NCBI GenBank assembly: GCA_012026655.1
Contig: JAAILG010000856.1
Location: 1-64,000, forward strand
Direction: 5' to 3'
Source: Hydrolagus affinis
Lineage: Eukaryota
Length of the DNA: 64,000 nucleotides
The first letter of the stretch is position 1. Each line of letters opens with the position of its first letter. The notes below the pieces were generated by a model. It made no database searches, was not told the origin of the DNA, and saw only the letters and a list, made by a program, of their open reading frames with translations. The position numbers and the translations under genes are program-made. This document shows positions 1 through 13,050 of the stretch, piece by piece.

Positions 1-2289
1 GCACATTACTGACTTTCATCGCATTGCTTATAGATTTACTTACCTTGTTCCCCCACTTCATCTGACTTATCTAACATTGTATGCTGTGTATTCCGGTATT
101 AATTTTTAGAAACATAGAAATGAACAGCACAGAAGATGGCTGTTTGGCCTATTGTGCATGGGTTGGCTCCTTGAGAAAGCAAAATCCTTATTAACTATCT
201 TGCATCATTGACTCACCAACAATTTCTCATTCGATCAAAATCCTACATAATTGTAAAGTCCCATAACAGGTCTCTCCTTGCCCTTCTCTATTCCAATAGT
301 CTCTGCTTATAGATCAAACCAATCACCAAGAGTACCATCCAAGTAAATTCCCAACGTGAAAGGTGCTATACAAATGTAATTTGTTATTGTTCTACACGCT
401 CTCTAATCAAAACTAGGCACAATCTTCTAACCGTAGACTAACATGTTTACAGAGATTAAGCATCATCTCTTTAGTTTCATATCCTATACTACTATTTATA
501 AAAATGAAGATTTCATTAGCTTTCTTCACAGCACTGACAACCCGCCTTCCCACCTACAAGTCTGTATGTGTGTTGATCCCCAGATCTGCCTATTTGTTAA
601 CACAAATAACCAAACCTACTTTGGACTGTAGTAAAAGAGTGATGCAGCCCACCATCAGTTCAATGCCAGATGTTAGAAAAAAAATACAATTCGGTGCTAT
701 AAATACTCAAAATCACTTGATAGGGATATCAATTTTGTCATTGCGATCCATAGTTTCCTCTCTAGGTCCAATATTAAATCACATAGGCCAAGCAAAGGGA
801 CAGGATATTGGAGTTAAGATAAATTAGCAAAATCAATTTTCGAATAGATTCAATACTAAAAAAAAAGAGGACTGGCCTCATGATGCTAACATAGATTAAA
901 AAGGAGAAAACAATCACCGGAAACAGAATTATATTTTCGCGAAAGGCGCGGGGTCCTCTGTAATCGATATTCGGGTTAGAAAGTACCTTTTAATTGCAGA
1001 AGCAGCACTTTGGAGACCTGCTGGTGTCAGCAGGGCCATTATGGAACATCATGAATCATTTACAAACAACGTTTTTGATTAAAAGCTAAATCTACAATTG
1101 GAGCTTTAACAATTCCAGCGTTCAGATCGCAGCACATAGTTTTGAATTAGATTATTCACTGTATCAGTAACGGAAGTCAAGTCTACAGTCACAAGGCTAT
1201 AATTCAAATTAAGGGGTTGCGATGGTGTCTTAAACTCTGAAAACAGAGCTCCCTAAGATTCAGTCACAACCTTTAATTCTTCATGCTGCTTCTCTGAATG
1301 CAAGTTACAATTTGATTTGAAACCTTAAAGTAGGCAACGGTTATTATACTGTACAAAGATTTGTACTGAACAGCATTGTAAGGCAAAGCAGTTATCGAGT
1401 CTGATAAGGTATAGTGTCCCATCACCCTGGAATTTCCTTTCGACACAAAGGCGCAAAATGAAAAATATATAAATTTGTTGTTGTTGTGAGGATATCATCA
1501 TACAGTAATCCATAGAAAAGAATTGCGAGATTTCTTGCAAATTGTGGTTCACTGAGCAATTCGACAAAAGCGTTTACCTATTGATGAGCTAAGAGAAGGT
1601 GACTGCACCAACTATTGAGTGGGGACAGTTCCAACAAAATAAATAAATGAGACAAACACAAGCATCATTTAAGAGCCACATGATTGGGTTATATATGAAG
1701 ACATTCCATGACTTTGCTATGAATTTTCTAATGCTGCGAGATAAACGATATGAATAAAACCAATACACCCAGCTGTTGTAGGCAATCTGATCTCATGTCT
1801 TGTTTCTGCAGAAGATCAAGGCTCAGGGAATGTGTGATTCAATACCTTCGGCGCATGAAGGGATGCAATTCAGTTCTAAACCTAAATCATGGGCGAAGTT
1901 AGGAGGGAGGAAATCACATGTGGTTCACTCAAGTCATCTGGATTCAAATGCAACTACAGTAGTTAAGTGTGACCTTCCACAATCTTGCACCTTCAATCCA
2001 AAGAAGCAAATCTTCAAAAATATTCAGAGTTACTGAAAACATCCGGCAATTTCAATTGACTCTTAACAGCTGAGAGAAGTCTATATATACATTGACCTCA
2101 CAACAAGGATGGTATGTGGGAATTCCAGATCACAAGGCAATCCTCAAAAGGAAGACAATCACCCTTAAATATATTAATTTAGTTCCTCCCTCCAAAAAAG
2201 GCTTATAAATAACTGAGAAGTCTAAATTTTAATATAATGCTATTTTTTATGTAAACAAATTGGAATAATCATGCATAAATAAATAATAA

Positions 2290-2481
2290 CCTAGATAGGT
2301 GGTGGAAGCAGAAAGTCTTAATTCTTTCAAGTGCAAATTAGATAGATTTCGATTATGAAATAACATCTTGGAATATAATGTACAGTTCGGGTCACAACAT
2401 GTCATGCGATTGCCTGGATGGTGGAAGGCAAACTGGATGGACTTGATTTTCTTTTGTCAAGCAAATTCTTACATTCTTATG
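2290..2481 (+). mobile_element. CR1 3' end
   Basis: GTGGTGGAAGCAGAAAGTCTTAATTCTTTCAAGTGCAAATTAGATAGATT, ending in TTCTTACATTCTTATG. Confidence 0.6.
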
Positions 2482-3642
2482 CAGCTCTCTGAGATGAGGT
2501 GGAAATAAATCCTATATCTTAAAAACCTAAATCTTTGGTGCGTTAGCATGGGCATGAATTATTTACTGATGCAAAAATGTACAAGGGAAATGAAGAGCAG
2601 AGAACTAAACGAGTCAGCTTCCCCGAAGCTTCCTCAGTCTCAGGCTTCGTTAGTATTCTGTTCATCAGCTAGTGAGGTGAATAGTGAAAACTGCTGAGAC
2701 TGGCTACCTGCAAGAAACAGTTTACCAAAGACAATTTCAAGCTGGTTAAACAATACCCTGCTGGGCATAAAACTAATTCAAGTTTGCAAAGCTACAGACT
2801 TTAATAATAATCAACCTTGGATTTCATAGCTAGCTTTACTGTGCCATTAAAATGTCTCAAAAGTATTTCACAGGATTATGCTGTAAAGTCCAATGACTGT
2901 GAAGGGAGTTTCTCCCGATTTCCTGACCAACAATGCTCCAGATCAAACTGAACATTTTATTTCAGAGCAGTTTGTGGAACAATGCTGTGTGCAAACTAGC
3001 TGCCACATTTGCCTTCAAATACATGGCAACTACACTTCACAATAAATCCTGTGAAACCCTTTGAGAAATCAACCGGATGCTTAGGCATTACAACAACAAA
3101 ATTACATTTACAGAGCGTCTTTCAAGTCGGGAGGACGTTCCATGGCGCTGAACAGTCAGGGGTCGGGACCCGAGCATGGGGGAGGGCCAGATGGCTGGAG
3201 GGGAGGGAGAGAGGGATGGGGGGCAGCAGAAGGCATTATATCAAATGCAAGCATTATTCTTTTATTATCTGTAGGCAAACTTTCTTAAAACAAACTCGTT
3301 GCTGAGCAAGGAGAGTTGGAAGAATAGTTGTGCATTAGGATCATAAAACCTCCCACCTGCAACATGAGAGGGGGCAACAGCAACTGCTGTCTGCCAGCAA
3401 TGTAATGCTTTGGGCACTGGTGCCTCAGATTCCATAAACTCATTTGCTTGAGATTCAGTTAACACTGAAAATAAACAGCTATGAGATAAATTGGTAATTA
3501 ATGTCAAGGATTGTTAGTCAGCACATCGGGTGAAATTACCCTTTTCTTTCTGTATAGTGTTGTGTTATTTTTTTTAACATTCACCTGACTATGCAGGTTT
3601 AACGTCTCAAAGATGCCACTTCCAACAATGAAAAGGTCTTCC

Positions 3643-3810
3643 AACAACAATAACAACAACAGCTTGGATTTATATAGCGCCCTCCATGCCGGTCGGCATC
3701 TCAGAGAGCTCCCCAATAATGGATCCCGGGGCCGAGCCAGGGGGAAGCGGAAAACGATGACTGAAAGCACGGTCGAAAAGAAAGGTCTTTAGCCGAGACC
3801 CGAAAGTAGT
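3643..3810 (-). mobile_element. L2 3' end (short)
   Basis: AACAAC tail followed by TTGGATTTATATAGCGCCCTCCATGCCGG. Confidence 0.75.
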
Positions 3811-4689
3811 TATACCCCAGTACATGAGCCGAGACCTTCGAGGTCAGATCCCTAGGTGGAGCTTAATATTTCAACTCAAGAGCGCTACCAACTAAACCAA
3901 AATGACAGGAAGACATATGGGTCTTATTTTAAGGCACCCAAGGCGTATGTAAGGCATATGGACCCACGTTAGCTGATCACTGCATGATATTCTGGCATGA
4001 AAATCTTCACCAACTGAGTCTCAAGCATGTGATGTGAAGTCACTTTAGCCTGTTGGTTGCAATGGAGGATCCTATTTCTTATCATATGCATCAAAACATT
4101 TCAAGCACCAAGCACTGAAGGGATTAAAGCAGAAATAATGAATAACGTTCAACATGTGAATCGAGACGCAGAACGGTAGAATTGTTTTGCACACATTTTG
4201 GCCTGGTTTTGCATGCACAAATATGTTATTGAAAGCAAGGAAATGTGGTTTATTTCGCTTGGAAAATGAATGTACCTTGTAGCAAGAACAAATAGAAAAC
4301 TACCTCCCTGTTGTTCTGCCAGGTGCCATATCTGGTACACGCTGCAACAAATTTCTTCGATTTGGCCCAGAATGGTACATAATGTCACGGACAGAAGAAC
4401 CTTAAGGAGATGCATCACAAAAGACTCTTATTTTACTTAAAGAGTAGAATATGAGCGTCTCTGTCCTTGATCGATTTCACAATTCTTAGCGTTTGTCAGC
4501 CAGCATGTAGTCAGTCATGTGAACAATGGTACTCAGTAATCCTACCCAAAAAATTGCAGTTACAGATCGTAAATCCTTGAAAAGCTGCTCAGTTTAAGCA
4601 GCAAAACAGATATTCACATCACACACTGGAAAAAACATTGCTATTAAAAGGGGAGGGTGTTGTGGGTGGGATAGGGATTTGAAGCGAGA

Positions 4690-5625
4690 TACAATACAAA
4701 ATACACATAACATTTGTAAAACATTGGGGGAACATCCCAAGGCCCTGAACAGTCGGGGATTAGGATCAGGGAGGGTGGAGGGCAGAGAGACCGAAGGTCT
4801 GGCTGACGTTGGTAGGGCAGGCCAGACGAGGGACATACAGCATGCTGGAGGCTGTTGAGCGGAGAAGTTGATAAGTGGTTAGCAAGTCGGGAGAGGTAGA
4901 AGTGGGAACGGCCATGGAGGGCCTTGAAGTTGACGACAAGGATTTTGAACTCAATCATCTGAGGGATGGGGAGCCACTGTAGTTGGGCGACAGTGGGTTT
5001 GATGGGGTCATGGAGCCTGGTGCAGGAGAGGACATGAGCTGCAGAATTCTGGATGATCTGCAGCTTGTGAAGGGAAGTGTTGGGAAGGCCAACAAGTTGG
5101 CTTAGTCTTGCCTGGATGTAACAAAGGCATGTATGAGGATTTCGACTGCTTGAGGTTTGAGACAGTGGCAGAGTCCAGCAACATTACAGAGGTGGGGGAA
5201 GGCAAAGTAGGTCATAGCCTGGAGATGGGGGAGAAAGGAGTTGAGGGTCGAACAAGATGTCATCTTACATGTGGAAGTTAACCTGCCAAATGTCACCAAG
5301 AGGAAGCATGTACAGGTTGAAGAGCAGAGGACTGAGGGCAGAGCCCTGAGTAATACTGCACAAGATGATGCGGGGACTGGAGGAGAAACCATTTGTGGAG
5401 ACAAAGTGGAGCCGGTGTGAGAGATAAGATCTGAACCATTAAGGACAGACCTTGAAGGTTGAGGAAAGAGGAGAGGTGGTGGAGGAGGTTCATAAAATGG
5501 CTCATAAAGGGAATGACATGAGAGGAAGGAGCAAAGCTGGGAAGCAGCAACTCTTTCAAGGACCTTGGAAAGGAAAGAGGTTGGAGATGGGGGTGGTAGT
5601 TTGTGAACAGGGATAGGTCCAAGAA
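4690..5625 (-). mobile_element. Degraded L2 LINE 3' fragment
   Basis: SFLSKVLERVAASQL, EILIHAFVTSRQD and IEFKILVVNFKALHG are L2 ORF2 motifs in several frames. Confidence 0.85.
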
Positions 5626-6551
5626 AAGTTTTAAATACTGTTTGTGCATCAAATTCAGGTGTTAATTGATGTATTAAATCGATTCTATGCATGTTACTGA
5701 TGATGGGTAACACTGTAGTGGGTATTGCAACAACAACTTGCATTTGTATAACACACTTAGCAGAATCCTCAACCTCTAGGAACTCCATCCCTCAGTCTCT
5801 CCATCTCGCCCCCTCCTTCAAATCCCGCCTCAAGACTCTCCTCTTCAATAGTCCCATCGGCAACTCCTAATCCCCCACTTCCCTCCCCCACCTGTCACCA
5901 GCTCGGGTCTGACTTGGTGACTGTCCAGCAACTTGGGACATCCTCCTCACGTGAAAGGCGATATACAAGTGTAATTTTGTTGTTGCTGGAGGTAAGGATT
6001 TGAATGCCACCAGTGACCAACTCCACTCACTATATCGGAGTGATATCAGAGTGGGATGTTTCCCGCCACCAATTATTCCAATAGAATCATGTAAATTTAC
6101 AGCACAGCACAGAAGCAATTCATTTGGTTTGTCGTGTGACCTACTGGCTCTCAGAACAAACTAATTACGGAATTAAACTGTTAGTGAGCTCTGTATATAT
6201 AAAAAGTGTAGAGTTCCAGGCAGCAGTTTATTCGTTTGAAGTGGTTCAAGAGAAAATATGTTTTTTTTAACATCGGCATCAGGCCAAGCAAGGTTCTTAG
6301 TGCAGCTGAAACATTGATTCCCTATGATGTAGTGGTTTGGGGAGCAAGGCTCACATTAAATATATGTCCCCAAAGTCCATTTTTGCAGCGTAAACTGCAC
6401 ATTGATTTCGTCCACAAACGGTAGTTAATTGATCTGAACTTTACAGAGCAAAGAAATAAAAACAACAAATTACATTTGCACAGCAAACAAAAACAGAAGT
6501 AGCTAGGAACACTCAGCAGGTCAGGCAGCATCTATGGAGAAAGGAAAAGTG

Positions 6552-6588
6552 AGTTAACGTTTCGGGTCCACGATCCTTCGTCAGAACC
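6552..6588 (-). ncRNA. Minimal type I hammerhead ribozyme motif in PLE pseudo-LTR
   Basis: Minus strand: GGTT-CTGACGA-AGGATC-GTG-GACCC-GAAA-CG-TT-AACT. CUGANGA and GAAA cores, stem II (one mismatch), palindromic AACGTT in place of stem III, 4-bp stem I. Confidence 0.6.
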
Positions 6589-7045
6589 GGGGTATGTTGA
6601 GAGGGAGAGGCTTTTAAGGACTAACAGAGAGGGAGAGGCAGGGTAAGGAAGACAAAGGAGAAAATGAAGTAGAGGGCAGGAAGTGAGGGGTTAAAAAGGT
6701 GTTCATGTTGGAAACAAAAGGGGGAATTGCAACAAAACTGGAGAAGAGGTATTAATAACGTTAAACAAAGAGGGGTGAAATTGCAAAAGAACAGGCAAAT
6801 CAGGTGGTCACAGAAGAGGGGTAAGGGGAAGATGAGCTGTTATGGCCTAAAATGACTGAAATCAATATTAAAACCAGAGAGCTGTGAGGTTCCAGTTTTG
6901 TTGCAATTCCCCCTTTTATGTCACAACATTAACACCTCTTTAACACATCATCTCTTGTCCTCTACCACATTTTCGAATTTGTCTTCCTTGCCCTGCATCT
7001 CCTTCTCTGTTAATCCTTAAACGCCTCTGCCTCCTAACATGCTCC

Positions 7046-7082
7046 AGTTCTGATGAAAGGTCGTGGACCTGAAACGTTGACT
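7046..7082 (+). ncRNA. Minimal type I hammerhead ribozyme motif in PLE pseudo-LTR
   Basis: AGTT-CTGATGA-A-AGGTC-GTG-GACCT-GAAA-CG-TT-GACT. Intact cores, perfect 5-bp stem II, stem I AGTT/GACT. Confidence 0.65.
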
Positions 7083-7185
7083 CACTTTTCCTTTCTCCAT
7101 AGATGCTGCCTGATCTGCTGAGTATTCCCAGCAATTTTTGTTTTAGATTCAGATTTCCAGCATCTGCAGAAGTTTGTGTTTCTGT

Positions 7186-7400
7186 TTGTATTTGGATAGC
7201 GCCTTTCCCATCAGAAGAACATCTCAAGGCACTGGACAGTCAGGTATTTGACCCTGAGCTGGTGGTCAGGATCAGGAGGGGTGGAGGTTGGGATTAGGAG
7301 AGTGACCAAAGGTTCGGTCAAAGAGAAGGGTCTTGAGATGGGCCTTGAAGAAGGCAAGGGAGTGAGCAAGATGAAGGGATTGTGTGATGGAGTTCCAGAG
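7186..7400 (-). mobile_element. L2 3' end interrupted by the PLE (rest of the tail at about 6460-6484)
   Basis: ATAGCGCCTTTCCCATCAGAAGAACATCTCAAGGCACTG continues the tail AACAACAAATTACATTTG located left of the PLE. Confidence 0.7.
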
Positions 7401-9165
7401 GGCAGAAGGGGTAGAAGTTTACGCAGTACTGAGCAAGTGAATTGGGTCATTGGGATGGTGTTGAAGGAGGAAGCAATGAACAGCGCTGTACTTGATTGAT
7501 GAAAGTGGCACCTGGAGTTAATTGACAAAGAGGTGGAATTGTTTGCCAAAGCTTCCAGTTGAAGGACAGTTAGTGAATACGCTGGAGGGACAGGGGGAAG
7601 AAGAACAAAGATATCAAAGCACAGCCATCTAGTAATTGTAGAGCCGGCTTTTTTTTTCAGCAACGTTTTAATGTAGAACATGTTCTGCTCTGAGCATTTT
7701 CTGAGCCTCAGGATATGCAGTGAGCTGTCACGTTGAATAATACACTCTGCGACAATACCCTTTACGTAGTGGGCAATGAGTGGAGTTTCGTGCTCACTTT
7801 GAAACCGTGGCAGCCAAAAGGAGTCATGTCAGCTAGCAATGCAGGTGGCGTCTTTATTGTTATATTTCTTGCTGTGGGTAAGCCTGCTTTATCATTTAGG
7901 GATCAAGTTTAGCCGATAGTGAAAGAAACATCTAATGTCTATTCTACCCAATAGTACAGCTAAAGAGATGTGAAAGATACATTCATAGTTGGATTTCAAC
8001 ACAAGAAGGGATTCTCAGTTTGAATATTGATTAAAGAGGCTGCAATTAAATGGTTTCACTAAAACTCCGCAGGAAAGTTGAAGAGTCAGTACTCCACGTA
8101 GATAGTCATGACAAAACTGTACAATTGTAAATAACACTCGTGATTGAGCACATTAAAGAAGATAGCTGCAGGGCGATGTACTTATGGCTCCCTCAGTATG
8201 TTCTGAAAAAGATTCTGCCTTATTAAAAATAATCTATCTGCTTAGCGTACCTTCAAGGAGAATTTCGTGCAAGCAAATGTCCTCCGAATTTGCAAAATAG
8301 AACCTCGTGGAGTGAGTCAATCAGAAACCATTGAAGTTATAATTATACAGAACAATCAGCCAGTGTTGATTTATAGAGCAGTAAGACTGATTAGAGCAAT
8401 CCTCATCTTCTTTGTTGACAATTAGATAAATCATAGTAAAACACAATAGGGACTCACTCTGATAAACTTATAAAATTGTTCTCAATATGTGCCTCGAAAT
8501 GCTATTTCTCCCATCTTAGCCTGTAAACATCCTTTTGCCTTAATATTTAAAATGCCACAGAATTGAAGAATTATTCTTCAATTCAGGCCTCCTCAGTATG
8601 CAAGTTGGCCATTTTTAAGTACAGTACCACAGAAACTCATCTTCCAAATTAAATCCAAAGTAGAGAATTTTGTCCAATTCAGGTGGGGTCTGAAGATGGG
8701 GAAGGATCGTGTAAAGCAGTGAGATAGAGGAAGAGTGTTCCAGCATTTGGGGGCATAGTGGCTGAAAGCGCAGTCACCGATGGTGGGACGGAGAGCACGA
8801 GGGAACTGCAGGCTAGGTGGAATTTCAGGCTTTATGTTGGCAGATTCCCTTTCACATCACTGAACTCCAACATTGTCTCAAATCCTCTTGCTGTGGAGGT
8901 GACTGTCATAAAAATATTATTAAACACTGGAATCTATTAAATAACAGGAGAGATAGGAAGGGAACTCCTTTAAAAAACAAAACCCCTACAGCTACCTTCA
9001 ACTTTCATGGCTTCTGTACAAACATCCTCCGCATTAATGTTCGCTGGTGCATGAGTGAGTTTATAAATAACATAGTACCTACCCGAGATGACAAAAGGAC
9101 CAATTAACTAACCAAAGGTACACACAGAAAGCCCACATTTGTTGGATAATGGAAATGTGTCAGTA

Positions 9166-10128
9166 CAGGTAGACCCCGCTTAACGAAGGGGTTAGGGATT
9201 TTAGAACCCTTTGTTAAGCGAAAATTTTGTTAAGCGAGAGTTTAACTGTATTACTGCATTTGGCTGCAGCCAAAACGATGTCCCAACCTGAGCCTCCCCG
9301 CTAACATCAGCTTAGTTCCTAGCAGTTCCTCCCGCTAACATTTTCAGTGTACAGGTTGAGCAGCCAAAAGTCTGGAGTTCCGGAATACGGAATGTGACAA
9401 AAATTGCAGGAATAAAAACGGCAAACCTACCTGCTCCAGGCCAGGTCTGCACAGTCACCGCACTGAAATATCGCAACCTGGACCCAGGCATTTCCGGACT
9501 TGTGACGCACTTCTTTCTTCCTCCCCCTCCTCACTTTCTCTCTAACCCCTCCCCTCCACCCACTCCCCTCTTTCTCTCTACCACCCACTCCTCTCTTTCT
9601 ACTCCCCACCCTCTCTTTCTCTCTATTTCTCTCTACCCCTCCTCTCTTTCTCTCTACCCCACCCTCCATCTCTATCTATCTATGCCCTCCTCCCCTCCCT
9701 CTCTATCCCGCCCTCCTCTCTATCTCTCTATCCCCCCTCCTCTCTATCTCTCTATCCCTCCCTTGTCTCTATCCCCCCTCTTCTCTATTCCTCTCCCTCT
9801 CTATCCCCCCTATCTCTCTATTCCACCACCCCCATCTTGACTTACTATTATTGAAGCCACGAAGCATCCTGCCGCTTAAGCTCCTCCCATATGGGAGGGG
9901 CTGCACTGCTTAATTGAGGCACGCTAAAGACTGAGTATGCGTTGGTGGAGCAACCAGAGAGAAGTTGCGCATGAGAAGCTGTGCACAAGAAGCCCGCGAG
10001 ATTTTAAATGTGTGTAAACAGTCATTATAGCGAAAGCAGCCTTTGTTAAGCGTAGAAGTGGTACAAATAGAAACCCTCCTTATAGTGAAGTTTCGGTAAC
10101 CCGGCGTTCGGTAAGTGGGGTCTACCTG
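9166..10128. mobile_element. Non-autonomous Tc1/mariner-superfamily (pogo/Tigger-like) DNA transposon
   Basis: TIRs CAGGTAGACCCCGCTTAACGAA / TTCGGTAAGTGGGGTCTACCTG flanked by TA on both sides; subterminal GTTAAGCG repeats. Confidence 0.85.
9510..9836 (+). repeat. Polypyrimidine low-complexity tract (CTCTCTAT/CCC units) inside the MITE
   Basis: About 330 nt that are almost entirely C/T on the plus strand. Confidence 0.9.
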
Positions 10129-12750
10129 TACCATAAGGAATATTGATAATGTATTTGAACTTAAAAGTCTAGTTATATTGCTGGATATTTTATATAAAAA
10201 CAAGCCCTTTGGGTCAAATGTGTGATTTGTAATGGTATGTGGTTGTAACAACCAAGTTGCCGATGATATATTTTGTTGGAACCTGAAGCAAGTCTCACCA
10301 ACCTGTGCAAAAGCCATCAGGCACTTGGAAGTAAAGATAATAATCCTTGCATTTGATACAGCACCTTTCATGCTAGGAGGACGGTTCAAAGCTCTTTATG
10401 GTAAAATATAGTGACTGTATATTTCTGGTCACTTCCAGTCTGCCAGGAAATGATGTTGGCAGTGACCTAATAACCTGCAGGTTGGACAATCTTAGGGTGA
10501 GATCCAGCTGGCACATGACACCTAATTGCAAGCACAGTGAATGGGGTCCATGCAAAACAATGCTGAAATGAAATGCATTATAACAGGGCAGTGTGTTAAT
10601 ACACTGAAACCTATAGCAAGATTTGCACAAGTATTCTCAAATGTATGTTCCACTGTATTCCTCTCTATTTAAAATAATGAATCAATTCAACACGCTAAAT
10701 AGCAAACTGCGTAGATGACATTATGGTGCTGGGTTGCTAAATCATTGTGGTCTTGTTAACTATTCTGCTGTAAAGATTGATCACAGGATGTTATACCCAC
10801 ATTGCATTAGGAAAGCACTAAAACTCATATGCATGGCGTCTCTCCAACCAGTTAAATGTGTCAGAAATGAGTGGTGTCTTTAGCTTGAAAGCATTGGACA
10901 ATGTCTCATTAATAACAGTTTTAAAAAAAATTAGTCACTTCAATCCGCGACTGTTTGTGGGACACTGCTGTGCGTAATTGGCTGCCGAGCTCTGTCCACA
11001 AATATACAGTATATTCTGTGAAGAGCTTTAAGAATTCTAAAAGACGTTAAAAAGCACTATATCAAATGCAAGGATTGTTATTTATTATTATTATTACACT
11101 TAAAGCAGTTTTCTTTCCATTCCCCTAAATTCAGAGGCAATGACATAGTCATCTAGAAATTAAAATAGTGACAGAGATTTCATGTAAAACCTAAACTCTC
11201 ATCATATGTTTTTTTTTATGTCTTCTATTTCTCGGGGGGAGGTCCTTATAATATTAGTAGACCTCCATACGTTATACCCCCAGTAACAAACGAGAAACAT
11301 CTTACACATGAGCTGTGTATAGACCTCAATGACCCTGAAGCACTTAATAATAAAGCAAATTTACTAGGATGGAATCTAGTCAAGCTTCATGTAATATACT
11401 GAAATGTTTTATAAGCACATTGCTTCTCTGTGGGTAGCAACACAACTTTGTCTTTGTAATGTCTGATTATAATGGAGATCAGCTGTGCTCCTTCAAGCTT
11501 ATATCATACAAACTCTGGAAATGCATAGTGTTAAGGAGACAAAAATCATACACCTCGAGGCAACGCATAGGGTAAGCAACGCACACAAGTCTTGATTTTC
11601 AGCTACTACAGCATCATGCTAATTGTGCTTGTGATCAATTATTGATGGTTGTGCAGAGAAACACAAAGGGAATAAATTACAACAGTTTAAGACAATTTTT
11701 TCAGATGGACTTGTATGATTTACTTCTTTGAACGTCAGCACAATGCAGGACACAATTCTCAAAGACCATCCCACTCTGAACCCTGAAGAAGTATTAAAAT
11801 TGATCCATTTTGTTCTAGTCCATAAGACAGCTGTTTTTTTTTAGGTCGATCCTATTGATGAATAACTTATGAATAAATACATGTATGAATAAATAAGAAA
11901 TTAAGCAACAAATTGAGTTCTGCTGCTGCCTTCCGTTGCTGAGAATGAACAGTTCAAATAAACTAGTATCTCATCCACTACACCACCGCAGAATTTACTG
12001 ATAGAGCACGCAAAGGAAATGGACAATCCAATTCCAATGCAAATGAGAACTGTGCGAAAAGCACTGCGATCAGAATGTGCAGCCCTAATTTATTTTTATG
12101 ACGCACTTAACATATGAAAATTATTTACTCTTGTGAAATTTGAGAGCTCAATTAAAAGTCTCCAGCAAATTCCTGGTCCAGTCCTTGTGTTGTGAAAGTG
12201 CATGGGTAATCATACTCGAATGGATGCTGATCTACACAGAAAGGCAGTTAGCTGAAGCATCAACCTACTCATACATCAGGAATAGCATCTCAGCAAGACG
12301 AAGCTCTGCTATTCTGCTAACTCAACTGCAGTATTATTTTAAAGGCTATATGGAGCAGCACTGAGGATGATGCCCCTTCCTTCCAGTGATGCTCAAATTT
12401 AAATGAACTCACTAATCATCAGAAATCATATCTCTATTTGACCGTTTAGGAACCAAAGCAATTCAGTGTTGATTGCAAGGTCATCCGCCTCCAAACATTC
12501 CTGTGCAAACAGCAAACTGGCTACTCACTCTTCAATGGATAGAATAAATGTTAGAACTCTTGCTTCACCGCATAATAGCATCACAACCCAAACACAGGAG
12601 ATCAAGAAGGTTATTTATTGTAGGATACAGGTAAAGCTATTCTCATTGAATTGGGTGAGAAGACGTGGAAGTAGATTTGATCATGATGTATTAAATACAG
12701 TTTACATTTACAATAAGTTGTAAATCGAGTCAAACCAAGAGTGGGATACG

Positions 12751-13050
12751 TGGAGTCCTGTACCTCAGTGGTTAGAGCACTTGCCTCACATACAAGAAAC
12801 CCAGGTTCGATTCCAGGAAGGGCGAAACCTTGGGCAAGTTTCCTTACTCCATACGCCTAATAATAATCCCTAAAAAAAAATGTGGTCACTCAATCCATGA
12901 CTGTTTGTAGGACCCTGCAATGCGCAATTGGCTGCCGTGTTTCGCCCACAAGTATACAGTCAATTTACTTTACAGTATATTCTGTGAAGCACTTTGAGAC
13001 ATCTAGAAGATGTACAAAGCACAATAACAAATGCAAGGATTATTATTTAT
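12751..13050 (+). mobile_element. tRNA-derived SINE with L2-like tail (short subfamily)
   Basis: A box (CTCAGTGGTTAGAGC), B box (GGTTCGATTCC), CCTTGGGCAAGTTTCCTTACTCC body and AAATGCAAGGATTATT tail. Confidence 0.9.

Larger units (their letters stand above)
6485..7185. mobile_element. Penelope-like element (PLE) insertion with inverted pseudo-LTRs
   Basis: About 6490-6742 is the reverse complement of about 6891-7144. The left arm continues into a PLE-like ORF C-terminus (6893-6840, minus: GTSQLSGFNIDFSHFRP*). Hammerhead motif in each arm. Degenerate TSD TTACATTTGCACAGC (6470-6484) / TTGTATTTGGATAGC (7186-7200). Confidence 0.8.

Noticed and set aside
9394-9840. 148-aa Pro/Leu/Ser-rich ORF
   Set aside because: Product of the stop-poor polypyrimidine tract inside a MITE.
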